Of a stretch of DNA of 64,000 nucleotides, positions 37,445-47,678 are shown one piece after another. The translations under genes and the position numbers were made by a program. This stretch comes from Patescibacteria group bacterium (lineage in GTDB: Bacteria > Patescibacteriota > Minisyncoccia > UBA6257 > 2-01-FULL-56-20). The DNA lies in the NCBI GenBank assembly GCA_018971305.1, contig JAGXBC010000003.1:92325-156324 (forward strand). Reading direction: 5' to 3'. The first letter of the stretch is position 1. Each line of letters starts with the position of its first letter. The notes under the pieces are model-generated. The model searched no databases, was not told the origin of the DNA, and saw only the letters and a list, made by a program, of their open reading frames with translations.

Positions 37445-38371
37445 ATGAAAAAATTAACTATTGTAATCATAGCGGTAGTGGTTGTCGTTATTGGAGCAGG
37501 CATATACTTTTTTTTGCCGAGACCCGCAACCAACACTAATGTAACCCAGAATCCTCCTGTAACCAATACTCCAGGGAATACCGTTCAAACTCCGGAGAAT
37601 ACTCAGCCGCAGCCAACGCAGCAAAATCCTGCGGAAACAGTTATCGGAAAATCAGTTGAGGGGCGCGATATCACGGCGTATAACTATGGTACTGGTGATA
37701 CGCAGATCTTGTTTATCGGCGGCATACATGGCGGCTACGAATGGAACACGAGCCTTGTTGCTTATCAGGCGATGGACTATCTGAAGGCGAATGCCAATGC
37801 CATTCCTGCTAACGAAAAAATAACCGTTATACCGGTGTTGAATCCGGACGGCCTGAACAAGGTTGTCGGGACGGCAGGACGCTTTGCCGCCGCGGACGTT
37901 CCGGCTTCGCAAACTTTGCAAATATCCGGACGCTATAACGCGGATAACGTTGACCTCAACCGCAACTTTGATTGCGATTGGCAAAAGAACGCTGTCTGGC
38001 AGAACACAGCCGTGAGCGGCGGCAGTAAAGCATTTTCCGAACCGGAAAGCGCGGCGATACGGGATTACATAACGGCGCATAAGCCGGCAGCGGTTGTTGT
38101 TTGGTACAGCGCGGTTGGCGGCGTGTTCGCGTCCAATTGCCACGGCGGAGTTTTGCCCGAAACGAACACGATTACGAATATTTATTCAAAAGCATCCGGT
38201 TACAAGGCATACGAGAGCTATGATTTCTACGCGCTGACCGGCGATATGGTCAATTGGTTCGCCAAGAACAATATTCCGGGCATTAGCGTTCTTCTTACCA
38301 CGCACACCGATACGGAGTGGAGTAAAAATCAAGCAGGCATTGACGCTCTTATAGCCCACTACGCTAAATAA
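37445..38371 (+). CDS. secreted M14-family zinc carboxypeptidase
   Basis: HGGYEWNTSL (the HxxE zinc site), NPDG, and NRNFD motifs, with a signal anchor. Confidence 0.7.
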   Translation: MKKLTIVIIAVVVVVIGAGIYFFLPRPATNTNVTQNPPVTNTPGNTVQTPENTQPQPTQQNPAETVIGKSVEGRDITAYNYGTGDTQILFIGGIHGGYEWNTSLVAYQAMDYLKANANAIPANEKITVIPVLNPDGLNKVVGTAGRFAAADVPASQTLQISGRYNADNVDLNRNFDCDWQKNAVWQNTAVSGGSKAFSEPESAAIRDYITAHKPAAVVVWYSAVGGVFASNCHGGVLPETNTITNIYSKASGYKAYESYDFYALTGDMVNWFAKNNIPGISVLLTTHTDTEWSKNQAGIDALIAHYAK

Positions 38372-38397
38372 ATAACTTTTAGCGAGATAATCGAACT

Positions 38398-39321
38398 ATG
38401 AAGTCCTTTTTTACGGGGCGGATGATAACAGCCCTTATTATTGTTGCCGTGTTCGGCGTCAGCCTGCTTATTTTTTATTCTTTACAGAATAAAAGTGAGC
38501 CGCCTGCGCCTTCCGAACCGGCGGTTGCTACTTTCACAATAAGGCACGTAATTATCGGTTCGTCCGTGGAAGGGCGGCCTATTGAGGCGTTCACGTACCT
38601 GCCGAGTTCCGAGCCGGATACGTTTAACCCATTGAAGAGCGGAAGCGGTAAGACGAATCTCTTGTTTGTCGGCGGCATGCACGGCGGTTACGAATGGAAC
38701 AGCGTGCTTTTGGCCTACCAGGTTATGGATTACCTTAATACCAACCCCGAAATAATTCCCGCGAATCTGACCGTTACCGTGATTCCGGACTTGAACCCCG
38801 ACGGAGTTTTTAAAATTATCGGCAAAGAGGGGAGGTTTAGCGTCGCGGACGTTCCAATCGGCGTACCGGAAGCGCCTGGACGGGTAAACGCCCACGAAGT
38901 AGACCTTAATCGCAATTTTGATTGCAACTGGCAGCCCAATGGCGTCTGGCAGGGGAAGACGGTTAGTGCCGGTACAGCGCCGTTCTCCGAGCCGGAGTCC
39001 GCCGCTTTAAGAGATTTTATTTTGAAAAATAATTTTGCCGCCGCAGTTTTTTGGCACAGCCAGGCGAATGCCGTCTACGCCTCGGAATGCAATAACGGAA
39101 TCCTTCCGCAAACCTTGGAAATTATGAACGCCTATTCGCGGGCGTCCGGCTACCAGGCAGTAAGATCTTTTAATGCTTATAAGGTTACCGGCGATTCCGA
39201 AGGATGGCTCGCTTCCATCGGCATTCCGGCAATAACAGTAGAGATGAGCACTCACGAAACCATTGAGTGGGATAAGAACCTGGCCGGCGTTAAGGCGCTA
39301 CTGGATTATTACAGGCGTTGA
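38398..39321 (+). CDS. secreted M14-family zinc carboxypeptidase (tandem paralog)
   Basis: Same HGGYEWNS, NPDG and NRNFD motifs. About 45-50% identical to the upstream paralog by eye. Confidence 0.7.
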   Translation: MKSFFTGRMITALIIVAVFGVSLLIFYSLQNKSEPPAPSEPAVATFTIRHVIIGSSVEGRPIEAFTYLPSSEPDTFNPLKSGSGKTNLLFVGGMHGGYEWNSVLLAYQVMDYLNTNPEIIPANLTVTVIPDLNPDGVFKIIGKEGRFSVADVPIGVPEAPGRVNAHEVDLNRNFDCNWQPNGVWQGKTVSAGTAPFSEPESAALRDFILKNNFAAAVFWHSQANAVYASECNNGILPQTLEIMNAYSRASGYQAVRSFNAYKVTGDSEGWLASIGIPAITVEMSTHETIEWDKNLAGVKALLDYYRR

Positions 39322-39363
39322 TCTGAAAAATGGCCACGAAACTCATCATGCTAAACTGATATC

Positions 39364-40509
39364 GTGGGCAGAAAAATTATACCGATTGCCATAGTAATTC
39401 TTATCGCGGGAAGCGCGGGTTTTTATTTTTTACAGCAATTCGCGGTGGATGTTAATCCGAAGCCGGTTACACGCTCTGTCGCGACTACTATGCCAGCTGT
39501 TGCCACGACCACGCTTACCGATTTAGCTACTACAACCGCCAAAGAGCTTCCGGCTGAACCAGCTACACCTACAAGCAGTATAGCGAAGATATCCATAGCT
39601 CCACCTCCAATACCATTAACAACACCCCCGGTTTCTCAAATAACGCTGCGGGATATAACTGCCAAAAGCTTAGTCGGACTTTTCTGCCACTATAAAATTA
39701 CTGACCCCTCGCTCGTCGCCACTTACGGCGACAGTAATGGAGAATATATTGCTAAGGGCAGCGGCGTTATCATAAACCCCCAGGGCTATATTCTCACGGC
39801 CAAGCATATTGTTGACCAGCAATGGACCGCTTGGGCGTACGGCTCAACTGGTTCGGACCTTGCTCTAGAACAAAATTCAGAACTGAATTATTGCGAAGTG
39901 GGATTGCCTACCACCGATAATCTGCCAACCGTGTCCGATATAAAAAGCATCAATCCGAGCATTACCCTTCCGAATCCGTTCCCTTACGTTGCCACGGCAT
40001 ATTTTGAGCCGAAGCAGGGGACGATGAGCGATGATGAATACCGGACATCGGATTTCGCCATTATGAAGATAACAAGAGCCCCAGATAACTGCGCTACTTT
40101 CAACTTTTGCACGCTCCCAGCCGCCTTTCCATACAATCCGGTTATTTTCTCGCGAATGCCCGATGAAGGAATAATGGACGGGCTCTTGAATTTCGGTTAT
40201 CCCGGCGAACTCATAAATACGTCGGAAAGCACGTTTCATGATTTTTATCTGAAGGGTTCCGTGGGAACCTTAACGAAATATTACGGCGGCGATGCGTATT
40301 TTAAAGACGAGCCGTTCAACTTTGAATGGTCCGCGAGCGATGTTTTACCGGGGCGATCCGGTTCGCCGATATTCTGGGATGGATATGTCGTTGGCGTGGA
40401 GTACGGGCTTAACGTAAACGATAAGACCATAGATTATGCCATCGGTTTGCCGGCTATCTATAAGATTCTGGACGAAAACAAGCTGGGGGATTTGCTGTAT
40501 ACGCAATAA
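39364..40509 (+). CDS. secreted trypsin-like (S1/PA clan) serine protease
   Basis: The His region ILTAKHIV resembles TAAHC. The Ser region LPGRSGSPIF corresponds to GDSGGP. N-terminal TM plus a Thr/Pro linker. Confidence 0.5.
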   Translation: MGRKIIPIAIVILIAGSAGFYFLQQFAVDVNPKPVTRSVATTMPAVATTTLTDLATTTAKELPAEPATPTSSIAKISIAPPPIPLTTPPVSQITLRDITAKSLVGLFCHYKITDPSLVATYGDSNGEYIAKGSGVIINPQGYILTAKHIVDQQWTAWAYGSTGSDLALEQNSELNYCEVGLPTTDNLPTVSDIKSINPSITLPNPFPYVATAYFEPKQGTMSDDEYRTSDFAIMKITRAPDNCATFNFCTLPAAFPYNPVIFSRMPDEGIMDGLLNFGYPGELINTSESTFHDFYLKGSVGTLTKYYGGDAYFKDEPFNFEWSASDVLPGRSGSPIFWDGYVVGVEYGLNVNDKTIDYAIGLPAIYKILDENKLGDLLYTQ

Positions 40510-40530
40510 GCCGACGGTTGCGCGGGAAAT

Positions 40531-41709
40531 CTATTGTATCGTTTTAATCTGTGTTTCAGGCGGTGTGGTCGCCGTAAATACTTCAAAGTTCAAGCGGCCA
40601 ATAACCCTGCCGTCAGGAGTTTCCACGTTTACCCGCCAGGAGCCGTCATCAAGACCTGATATGTTTGAATACGTTCTGTATCCTCCGGTTCGGCCTCCGA
40701 CAACCGGAAGGATAATACTCCCTCGCGTTTCCCAGGCGCTGCTTGTCGCGTTGTAATATTGCCAAACATGCACGATGTCGGTATTCAGTGCCGTTGGAGA
40801 GAAAACCGCCGTATAGGCGTAAAGAGTTTCGCCTGATGTTACATGAACAGTTGCCTCGGTTTTTAAAAACTCTGTTGCTTGGGAAAGAAAATCTTTAGTG
40901 TCGGTGTTCTCATAGGTTACTGTATAGTTTCCAGGACCGTTAACGATGAGCGAGTTATAAATACCGGCATCTTCAAGCGAGAGAGGCAGCGGGGGGATAA
41001 GCTTCAAAAAATAAAGAGAGTTTACGGCAATAAATATCCCGCCGACAGAAATAATTACAAGCCACTTGTGTCTACCGACGAGCTTTTCTCTGCGGAAGAT
41101 TCTTGGTATCAGGGCGATTATTCTTATGATAGCCAAGCTAACCGCGCCGCTTAAAATAAATACTAAGGTCCCGATTCTGTGCAAGAGTATCGGCATAAGA
41201 TAAATGGCAAAAGCGTAATAGGCGAGGAAGAGGAGCGAAAATTGGAAGGCCGTTCTCGCGTAACTGCGCTTTAGCGATTCGTTGGCGATGAAAGCGGCGG
41301 CCAAGAGGAGCAGGAACGGCCAGCTTGTTGCGAAGGTACCGCTGCGGAAATAAAAAACGAGATAAGTGGAGAGTATGCCGCCGAAAAAGAATTGGATTAT
41401 GTTCACGAGCCAGAAGTGAAGTCTGTTCGGGTCCGCGGCCTCATACACCCCCTTTTTACCGGTACCGTCGTTCAGAATATTTATCCAAATGGCGCAGACG
41501 GTCACAATAGCCAGATGGCCGATAACCCATAGATTGTCCCAGTATAAGTCCACGCGCTTCAGAGTAACGGCATCAAAAACGAAACCGCCGACCAGAGAAA
41601 TAGAGGAGATCGGCCGCTCAAATTGTGCGTACCAGCTTTTTACACGAGTAAAAATAGTGTATTTCCCCGGAGCTGGGTATGTTCCGTAATCATGTTTTTG
41701 GTGAGCCAT
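40531..41709 (-). CDS. polytopic membrane protein with a C-terminal extracytoplasmic domain, unknown function
   Basis: About eight TM helices. Confidence 0.4.
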   Translation of the reverse strand: MAHQKHDYGTYPAPGKYTIFTRVKSWYAQFERPISSISLVGGFVFDAVTLKRVDLYWDNLWVIGHLAIVTVCAIWINILNDGTGKKGVYEAADPNRLHFWLVNIIQFFFGGILSTYLVFYFRSGTFATSWPFLLLLAAAFIANESLKRSYARTAFQFSLLFLAYYAFAIYLMPILLHRIGTLVFILSGAVSLAIIRIIALIPRIFRREKLVGRHKWLVIISVGGIFIAVNSLYFLKLIPPLPLSLEDAGIYNSLIVNGPGNYTVTYENTDTKDFLSQATEFLKTEATVHVTSGETLYAYTAVFSPTALNTDIVHVWQYYNATSSAWETRGSIILPVVGGRTGGYRTYSNISGLDDGSWRVNVETPDGRVIGRLNFEVFTATTPPETQIKTIQ

Positions 41710-41876
41710 GTTTTATTTAAATATGTTATAGGAAAGAATATTTGAATTATAACCCAATTACAAGAAGAGTTTTATCTTTGCGCCTAGGGGAAAATAAATG
41801 TGATGATATAGCAGAAATCGTCTCGGATAGGAAACCTCAACTCTGTATAAAGAATAAAAAACTCCTAAACAAGTGT

Positions 41877-42353
41877 TCAGGAGCCGAGTTCGTTCAGATG
41901 TTCAAAGAATAACTGCGTTGCCCATTGTCCGGTGGGGTTTTCAATAGCCTCAATAAAGACATCCTCCGGAATTACGATCGGAACATCGTTGCGAAGAACT
42001 GTTTCTAATGCAATCACAGGAAAAACAGACTCTATCTTTTCTTCTCCGTTCACCATGAGGTGTAGATTTGTTGCGAAATAGTCGTTCTTAAATTCAGTTA
42101 TAACCGTTTTGATTACTTTGATAGAGCCATACGAAAGTAATTTTTGGTTCAACCCGAATTCGTTAAGCGGCTGCTGGTTTTCCCCTTGGACAGCATCAAT
42201 TAAGATCTTGGCCAGCGTTTCATCGAATACTACCGGGAAACACGATCTCGTTTCTTTGTCCCGTAAGAAAAACACTATGCTCGGAGGGATTTTAGAATTC
42301 TTTTCAGACAGCTTCATATAATAACCGTCAAGATACAATTCAATTTCTTTCAC
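41877..42353 (-). CDS. hypothetical protein, possibly DUF151/bifunctional nuclease-like
   Basis: Weak pattern similarity only. Confidence 0.25.
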   Translation of the reverse strand: MKEIELYLDGYYMKLSEKNSKIPPSIVFFLRDKETRSCFPVVFDETLAKILIDAVQGENQQPLNEFGLNQKLLSYGSIKVIKTVITEFKNDYFATNLHLMVNGEEKIESVFPVIALETVLRNDVPIVIPEDVFIEAIENPTGQWATQLFFEHLNELGS

Positions 42354-42505
42354 GGTCCACCTCCTTTTACGTTTCAGCTGAGTTAAGTTTCTGGCAAAGA
42401 AGAGTAAAAGTCAATTCTTTTTAAGAATCTAGAGAATTTACGGTTATATTTCTAGCGCATATCAGTTTATAAATGATAGAATAGAATCATATAATAAAAT
42501 ACTAA

Positions 42506-43003
42506 ATGCCCTATCACCCAGCTATAAAACAAATAACCGATATGCTCACAAGCAATAAATGCGAGTTTCAAACGTTTGAACACGCTCCGGTGAGGACTAG
42601 CGAAGACGCCTTCAGGCAAAGGCCAAATTTTTCTATGCATCAAGGTGCGAAAGCGATGATAGTTAGAGTCAAGTCCAAAAATCGTGAGGAACAGGATAAA
42701 TTCGTCATGCTCGTTTTCCCGGCCGATCTGAAATTTAAAGGCGGTGAAGTGAAAAAACTTTTGGGCGCGCGGGACGTTACTTTCGCCACGGAAGCGGAGG
42801 TGGGAAAAATTACTGGCGGCGTCCAGGTCGGGGGAGTGCCGCCGTTCGGAAATTTATTCAACCTCCCGGTTTACGCGGATGGATCTTTATTTGAAAACGA
42901 TAAAATTATTTTTAACGCCGGCGACAGAAGTTTTTCGGTGGCCATGTCCGCGGAAGATTATAAAAAAATAGTTAACCCTATTGTTCAAAAATTTGCCGCT
43001 TAG
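42506..43003 (+). CDS. YbaK/ProX-type aminoacyl-tRNA deacylase domain protein
   Basis: Length and conserved Lys/Gly pattern (HQGAKAMIV...GGVPPFG). Confidence 0.6.
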   Translation: MPYHPAIKQITDMLTSNKCEFQTFEHAPVRTSEDAFRQRPNFSMHQGAKAMIVRVKSKNREEQDKFVMLVFPADLKFKGGEVKKLLGARDVTFATEAEVGKITGGVQVGGVPPFGNLFNLPVYADGSLFENDKIIFNAGDRSFSVAMSAEDYKKIVNPIVQKFAA

Positions 43004-43111
43004 CCCCCCCTTACTTCACGGTTGTCCTGGGTTACAGTACAATATTTAAACAACCTCGCCATATTTGGTTGGGCATATTATCCACTTTGGATTTTTCTGA
43101 TTTAAATCCCC

Positions 43112-44854
43112 ATGAAACTAATTTTAAATTATTTAAAACAATATAAAAAACTTCTTGCTGCCACCCTCTTATTTGCGGCGATAAACATTGTTTTTTCGTT
43201 GGTTGATCCTCAGATCTTCCGGCTCATCATAGACAGCTACGTTTCCAAGATAGGAAGCATATCGCACGGCGACTTCTTGCGGGGCGTGGGATTGCTTCTT
43301 GCCGCGTCCGTTGGTGCCGCTTTTATTTCCCGCGTGGCGAAAAATTTCCAGGCCTATTATGAAAGCGTGATAACCCAGCGGGTAGGGACCAAACTGTACG
43401 CTCATAGCGTTGAACATTCTTTCTCTTTGCCCTATGCCGTTTTTGAAGATCAGCGTTCCGGCGAACTTCTCCAAAAACTCCAAAAAGCGCGCCTGGACAG
43501 CCAGCAGCTTATCATCAGCCTTATTGACGTCGTTTTTGTTTCCCTTGTCGGAGTTACATTCGTTTTGATATACGCATTTACGGTCCACTGGGCAATCGGC
43601 CTTATGTATTTTCTTGTTATCCCAACTTTAGGCACGGCGGTATTTTTTCTCGGCCGCAAGATAAAGGCCGTTCAAAAAAATATTGTTATAGAATCGGCGA
43701 ATCTGGCAGGTTCCACTACGGAGACGCTCCGCAACGTTGAACTTGTGAAAAGTTTGGGTTTGGAAAGCCAGGAAACGAAACGGCTGAACGAAGTGAACGA
43801 CAGAGTACTGGCGCTGGAACTTTCCAAAATAACCCTGATACGCAAATTGAGTTTTACGCAAGGGACGGTCGTGAATGCCCTGCGTTCATCGATACTCTTT
43901 GTGATGCTTTGGCTTATCGTTCTCGGAAATATTTCACTCGGCCAGTTCCTTTCTCTCTGGTTCTATTCATTTTTCATATTCAACCCGCTTGGTGATATAG
44001 GCAACGTGGCTGGGCAATACCAGGAAGCCAAAGGAAGTTTGGAGAAATTAGAGGAGATACTTTCGATTAAGCCGGAAATGAGACCTGCGCATCCGATTGC
44101 AGTCGGGCCGCTTACCGCCATCAGATTCAAGGGAGTCGGTTTTGCCTATCAAACTGGTCAGAGCGAGGTGCTGCGCAACATTAACCTGGAGATAAAGAAG
44201 GGGGACACAGTGGCGTTCGCTGGATATTCCGGTTCCGGGAAAACGACACTCGTAAAATTACTTGTCGGTCTCTATCGGCCTACCCGTGGGGAGCTCCTTA
44301 TGAACGGGGTTAATACCAGCACAATAGATTACGATGAGCTTCGGAGGCGCGTCGGCTATGTTTCACAAGAAACCCAACTTTTTGCCGGCACTTTGCGTGA
44401 CAATCTTTTATTCGTGAATCCACGGGCGAGCGATGAAGAATGCCGACTCGCTCTCAGGCATGCGTCGGTTACGGCGATAGCGGACCGCGGCGGAGAAGGG
44501 CTGGACACTCGTATCGGCGAAGGCGGCATCAAGATTTCCGGTGGTGAACGCCAGCGCTTAGCCATTGCCCGGGCGCTTCTGCGCAATCCGGAGCTTATTA
44601 TTTTTGACGAGGCGACTTCCAGTCTGGATTCCATTACGGAAAAATCTATAACCGATACTATCAAGGAGATTGCTAAATCCCGGCCGAACCTTATAACCGT
44701 GATGGTTGCGCACCGGCTCTCAACCATAGCGCATGCCGATAGGATTTATGTTCTCCGGAAAGGCAATATTGTAGAGGAAGGAACCCACCCGGAATTATTG
44801 AAGGATACGACCGGGCTTTATTCGGCACTTTGGAAAGAACAAAGCGGAAAATGA
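43112..44854 (+). CDS. ABC exporter, fused permease/ATPase (MsbA-like)
   Basis: Six-TM N-terminal domain, Walker A GYSGSGKTT, signature ISGGERQRLAIARAL, and Walker B IIFDEATS. Confidence 0.85.
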   Translation: MKLILNYLKQYKKLLAATLLFAAINIVFSLVDPQIFRLIIDSYVSKIGSISHGDFLRGVGLLLAASVGAAFISRVAKNFQAYYESVITQRVGTKLYAHSVEHSFSLPYAVFEDQRSGELLQKLQKARLDSQQLIISLIDVVFVSLVGVTFVLIYAFTVHWAIGLMYFLVIPTLGTAVFFLGRKIKAVQKNIVIESANLAGSTTETLRNVELVKSLGLESQETKRLNEVNDRVLALELSKITLIRKLSFTQGTVVNALRSSILFVMLWLIVLGNISLGQFLSLWFYSFFIFNPLGDIGNVAGQYQEAKGSLEKLEEILSIKPEMRPAHPIAVGPLTAIRFKGVGFAYQTGQSEVLRNINLEIKKGDTVAFAGYSGSGKTTLVKLLVGLYRPTRGELLMNGVNTSTIDYDELRRRVGYVSQETQLFAGTLRDNLLFVNPRASDEECRLALRHASVTAIADRGGEGLDTRIGEGGIKISGGERQRLAIARALLRNPELIIFDEATSSLDSITEKSITDTIKEIAKSRPNLITVMVAHRLSTIAHADRIYVLRKGNIVEEGTHPELLKDTTGLYSALWKEQSGK

Positions 44855-44892
44855 AGCTCAAGAAGCTTACGTCCGTAGTGTCTTGAGTTTCA

Positions 44893-44915
44893 CCCCGCCG
44901 ATGGCGGGGTTTATT
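44893..44915 (+). terminator. rho-independent terminator CCCCGCC-gat-GGCGGGG plus a T-run
   Basis: Hairpin and T-run after the ABC exporter gene. Confidence 0.65.
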
Positions 44916-45014
44916 AAATTCATTCCGCTTCATAATATCCGCGCGTTAGCGCGGGGTATTCGCGGGAATTTAATAAAATTGGCCCGCATGTAGCGCGCCA
45001 TTTTTATGGCAAGA

Positions 45015-45266
45015 TCAATTTTCCCAATGTTTTTTCCCTGGATCAGGATCTAAGGTGGTAGTTGTCGGCTTTGGGGTTCTTGCATCAACCCATTCCATCT
45101 TGAAGGCAAATAGTTCGTAACCTATCGATTTAAGTTGTTCTAATATTTCCTTGCCTCGTGCCATTTGTTCCCTGCTTAAATCTAATCCTTGCATTACAAA
45201 CGCTATGATAATGACATCTAGCTCTGTTATCAATTTTCTAGCCTCGTCCTGATTCATTATCGCCAC
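45015..45266 (-). CDS. hypothetical protein
   Basis: ORF only. Confidence 0.25.
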   Translation of the reverse strand: MAIMNQDEARKLITELDVIIIAFVMQGLDLSREQMARGKEILEQLKSIGYELFAFKMEWVDARTPKPTTTTLDPDPGKKHWEN

Positions 45267-45977
45267 CCCTTTATTAAAAACTTCTAAAATAATATTAGGA
45301 TAATTTTATTAGTTATACAAATCGCGGAAGATTCTTTTGTCAAATGAATTAAGATATACTAAGATTAAAATCAGAGAGCTAATGAGGGGGATAACATCTT
45401 GATAATCGTTTATAGTGACTATGAAGGGTCTGGTTACTACGAAGAAGCCCCCGAAATTATAGGGCTAATAATTCCTGATGAGGATTTTCGCAATTGGTGT
45501 ATGGCATTAAAACGCGGACCGAGCAGATTAAGCGATGAGGAAATAGACGGAATGATGCGTCGATTGAATGCACGATACCTGAACGAGCGCCTTAATATTA
45601 AATAAACCCGAGACGACAATGTTGCTCGGGTTTTTTGAAGTAAAAAAAGGAGGAGCTAACCCATCGCGTTGGCGATTGCTCCTCATGGGCCATTCATAAA
45701 CTACTACCGACCCGGATGGTCGGTATATGCCGGCCTAATGGTGAAATTCCGGCATACTTTCCCCTTCGATGAGCAAATATAATTGGTTGTTTCTCGTCTG
45801 TTGTGAACTGCTACAGGTCGTCTAGTCGCACGGTGCACCTCCCTAATATGCTAATCAGACTATCTCTGCTAGTATAGCATAGTCACAATATAAGTCAAGA
45901 GGGGATATAAGTAACCTCTTGCTGGAGAATAATCTTAACACCAATCCTACTTGTAGGATTGGTAGGAATATGCTATA

Positions 45978-46232
45978 TTGAATTATATGAAAATAGCGGA
46001 TAACAAAAAGTTTCACGGAGTAGTTACCTTGGGCGAAAAAGGTCAGGTTGTTATACCTATGGGCGCGAGAAAAGCGATGCGCCTGAATAAGGGAGAGAGA
46101 TTAATCGTTATGGGCATAGGGCGTGATACTATTATAATGTCCAAACTGTCCAACTTGGAAAAACTAGCTTCACATCTGACAGAGAGATTGAAAACCATAA
46201 AGAAGATAGTCAGTAAAACCAAGAGAAAATAG
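45978..46232 (+). CDS. AbrB/MazE/SpoVT-family looped-hinge-helix DNA-binding protein
   Basis: VVIPMGARKAMRLNKGERLIV is the SpoVT/AbrB swapped-hairpin signature. Confidence 0.6.
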   Translation: MNYMKIADNKKFHGVVTLGEKGQVVIPMGARKAMRLNKGERLIVMGIGRDTIIMSKLSNLEKLASHLTERLKTIKKIVSKTKRK

Positions 46233-46234
46233 TT

Positions 46235-47674
46235 ATGAAGAAAATTATCAAAAAACATTGGATAATTTCCGGGGTTGTTGTATTGTTGCTGATTTTAGGC
46301 GGTTATTTCATTTTTGGAAAAAAATCGGCCGTGAAAACTGATTTTACCGAAGCCAAGCTGGATAATCTCGTTCAGACCGTGAGTGTTACAGGAAATATCA
46401 AGCCCGCCGAGAGCGTGGATCTCGCTTTTGAAAAATCCGGAACTATCAGAAAAGTTAACGCGGACGTCGGTGATAAAGTTTATGCGGGCGAAGCTTTGGT
46501 TGAATTGGACAATTCCGAGTTTTCTACCCAGCTCGCCAAGGCCCAGGCCGATCTTGCTTCCCAGCAGGCAACCTTGGATAAAGCCAAGTTTATTTTAAAT
46601 AATTATTATAATGATGTTGTTGACGTAATTAATGACGCTTATACCAAAGCTAACGATGCCGTTCGTAATCAGACGGACGCGCTGTTCACCTATCCGGAGA
46701 CCAGCCCTAAATTGGTGTTCTCTACAAATGATTCGCAGAACGAAATCGACTTACAATCTCAGCGCCTTGTGCTCGCGGATAGATTGAATTCCTGGCTGAA
46801 AGACTTTAGTAAGCTACAAAGGAATTCCCAAAGCGATATTCTCGACAATGCTCTTATAGAATCCGAATCCAATTTAAACGAGGTCAGAAAATTTTTGGAC
46901 TTTGCCGATAAAGCAGTTGTCGATTCGGTATTCTTGCCGCAATCCACGGCAGCAACCTATAAGAACGATATAAATACAGGCAGAGCCGAAGTTGATACGG
47001 CGTTAACAAGTGTTGTTGGTAAGGAGCAGGATATTGGGCAAGAAAAAGCGACAATCACTTCAGATGAAGCTGAAGTTCAGAGCTATGAGGCCAGCGTGGA
47101 AAATATCAAAGCGCAGATCGCCAAAACGTCTTTAGTCTCTCCTATCAACGGAGTTGTAACAGTTCAGAATGCCAAGGTTGGGCAGATAGCTACGGCTAAC
47201 GTAACGATGACCTCCGTAATTTCCGCTTCCCGCTTCGATATCGAAGCCTATGTGCCGGAAGCGGATATTGCCAAGATAAATGTGGACGACACCACCTCCT
47301 TAACTTTGGATGCTTATGGCAGTGCCGTAAATTTTGCCGCCAGCGTTATAAAAATTGATCCGGGCGAAACCGTGATTGAGGGAGTGCCGACATATAAAGT
47401 TACTCTAAGATTTACGAAAGAAGACGCGAGAATTAAATCCGGAATGACTGCCAATCTGGATATCCTTACGGCCAAGCGGGATAACGTCATCGTCATACCC
47501 CAGCGTTCGGTGGTGACGAAGAGCGACGGAACCACTTATGTGCTTTTGAAAACTTCTATAGACGGCACAACCCGAGAGCAAACGGTACAAACGGGGATTC
47601 GAGGTTCCGATGGCAATATAGAAATAGTATCCGGACTCAAAGAAGGAGATATGATTACGACCTTCGGCGAGTAG
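46235..47674 (+). CDS. HlyD/MacA-family periplasmic adaptor (membrane fusion protein)
   Basis: N-terminal TM, a long coiled coil, and lipoyl/beta-barrel motifs (AKVGQIATANVTM). Confidence 0.65.
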   Translation: MKKIIKKHWIISGVVVLLLILGGYFIFGKKSAVKTDFTEAKLDNLVQTVSVTGNIKPAESVDLAFEKSGTIRKVNADVGDKVYAGEALVELDNSEFSTQLAKAQADLASQQATLDKAKFILNNYYNDVVDVINDAYTKANDAVRNQTDALFTYPETSPKLVFSTNDSQNEIDLQSQRLVLADRLNSWLKDFSKLQRNSQSDILDNALIESESNLNEVRKFLDFADKAVVDSVFLPQSTAATYKNDINTGRAEVDTALTSVVGKEQDIGQEKATITSDEAEVQSYEASVENIKAQIAKTSLVSPINGVVTVQNAKVGQIATANVTMTSVISASRFDIEAYVPEADIAKINVDDTTSLTLDAYGSAVNFAASVIKIDPGETVIEGVPTYKVTLRFTKEDARIKSGMTANLDILTAKRDNVIVIPQRSVVTKSDGTTYVLLKTSIDGTTREQTVQTGIRGSDGNIEIVSGLKEGDMITTFGE

Positions 47675-47678
47675 TCCA

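Noticed and set aside
43169-43861. Minus-strand ORFs inside the ABC exporter gene
   Set aside because: They are antisense to a gene with Walker and signature motifs.
45750-45775. cgatgagcaaa as a hammerhead ribozyme core
   Set aside because: The sequence is CGAUGAG, not CUGAUGA, and no appropriately placed GAAA or paired helices are present.
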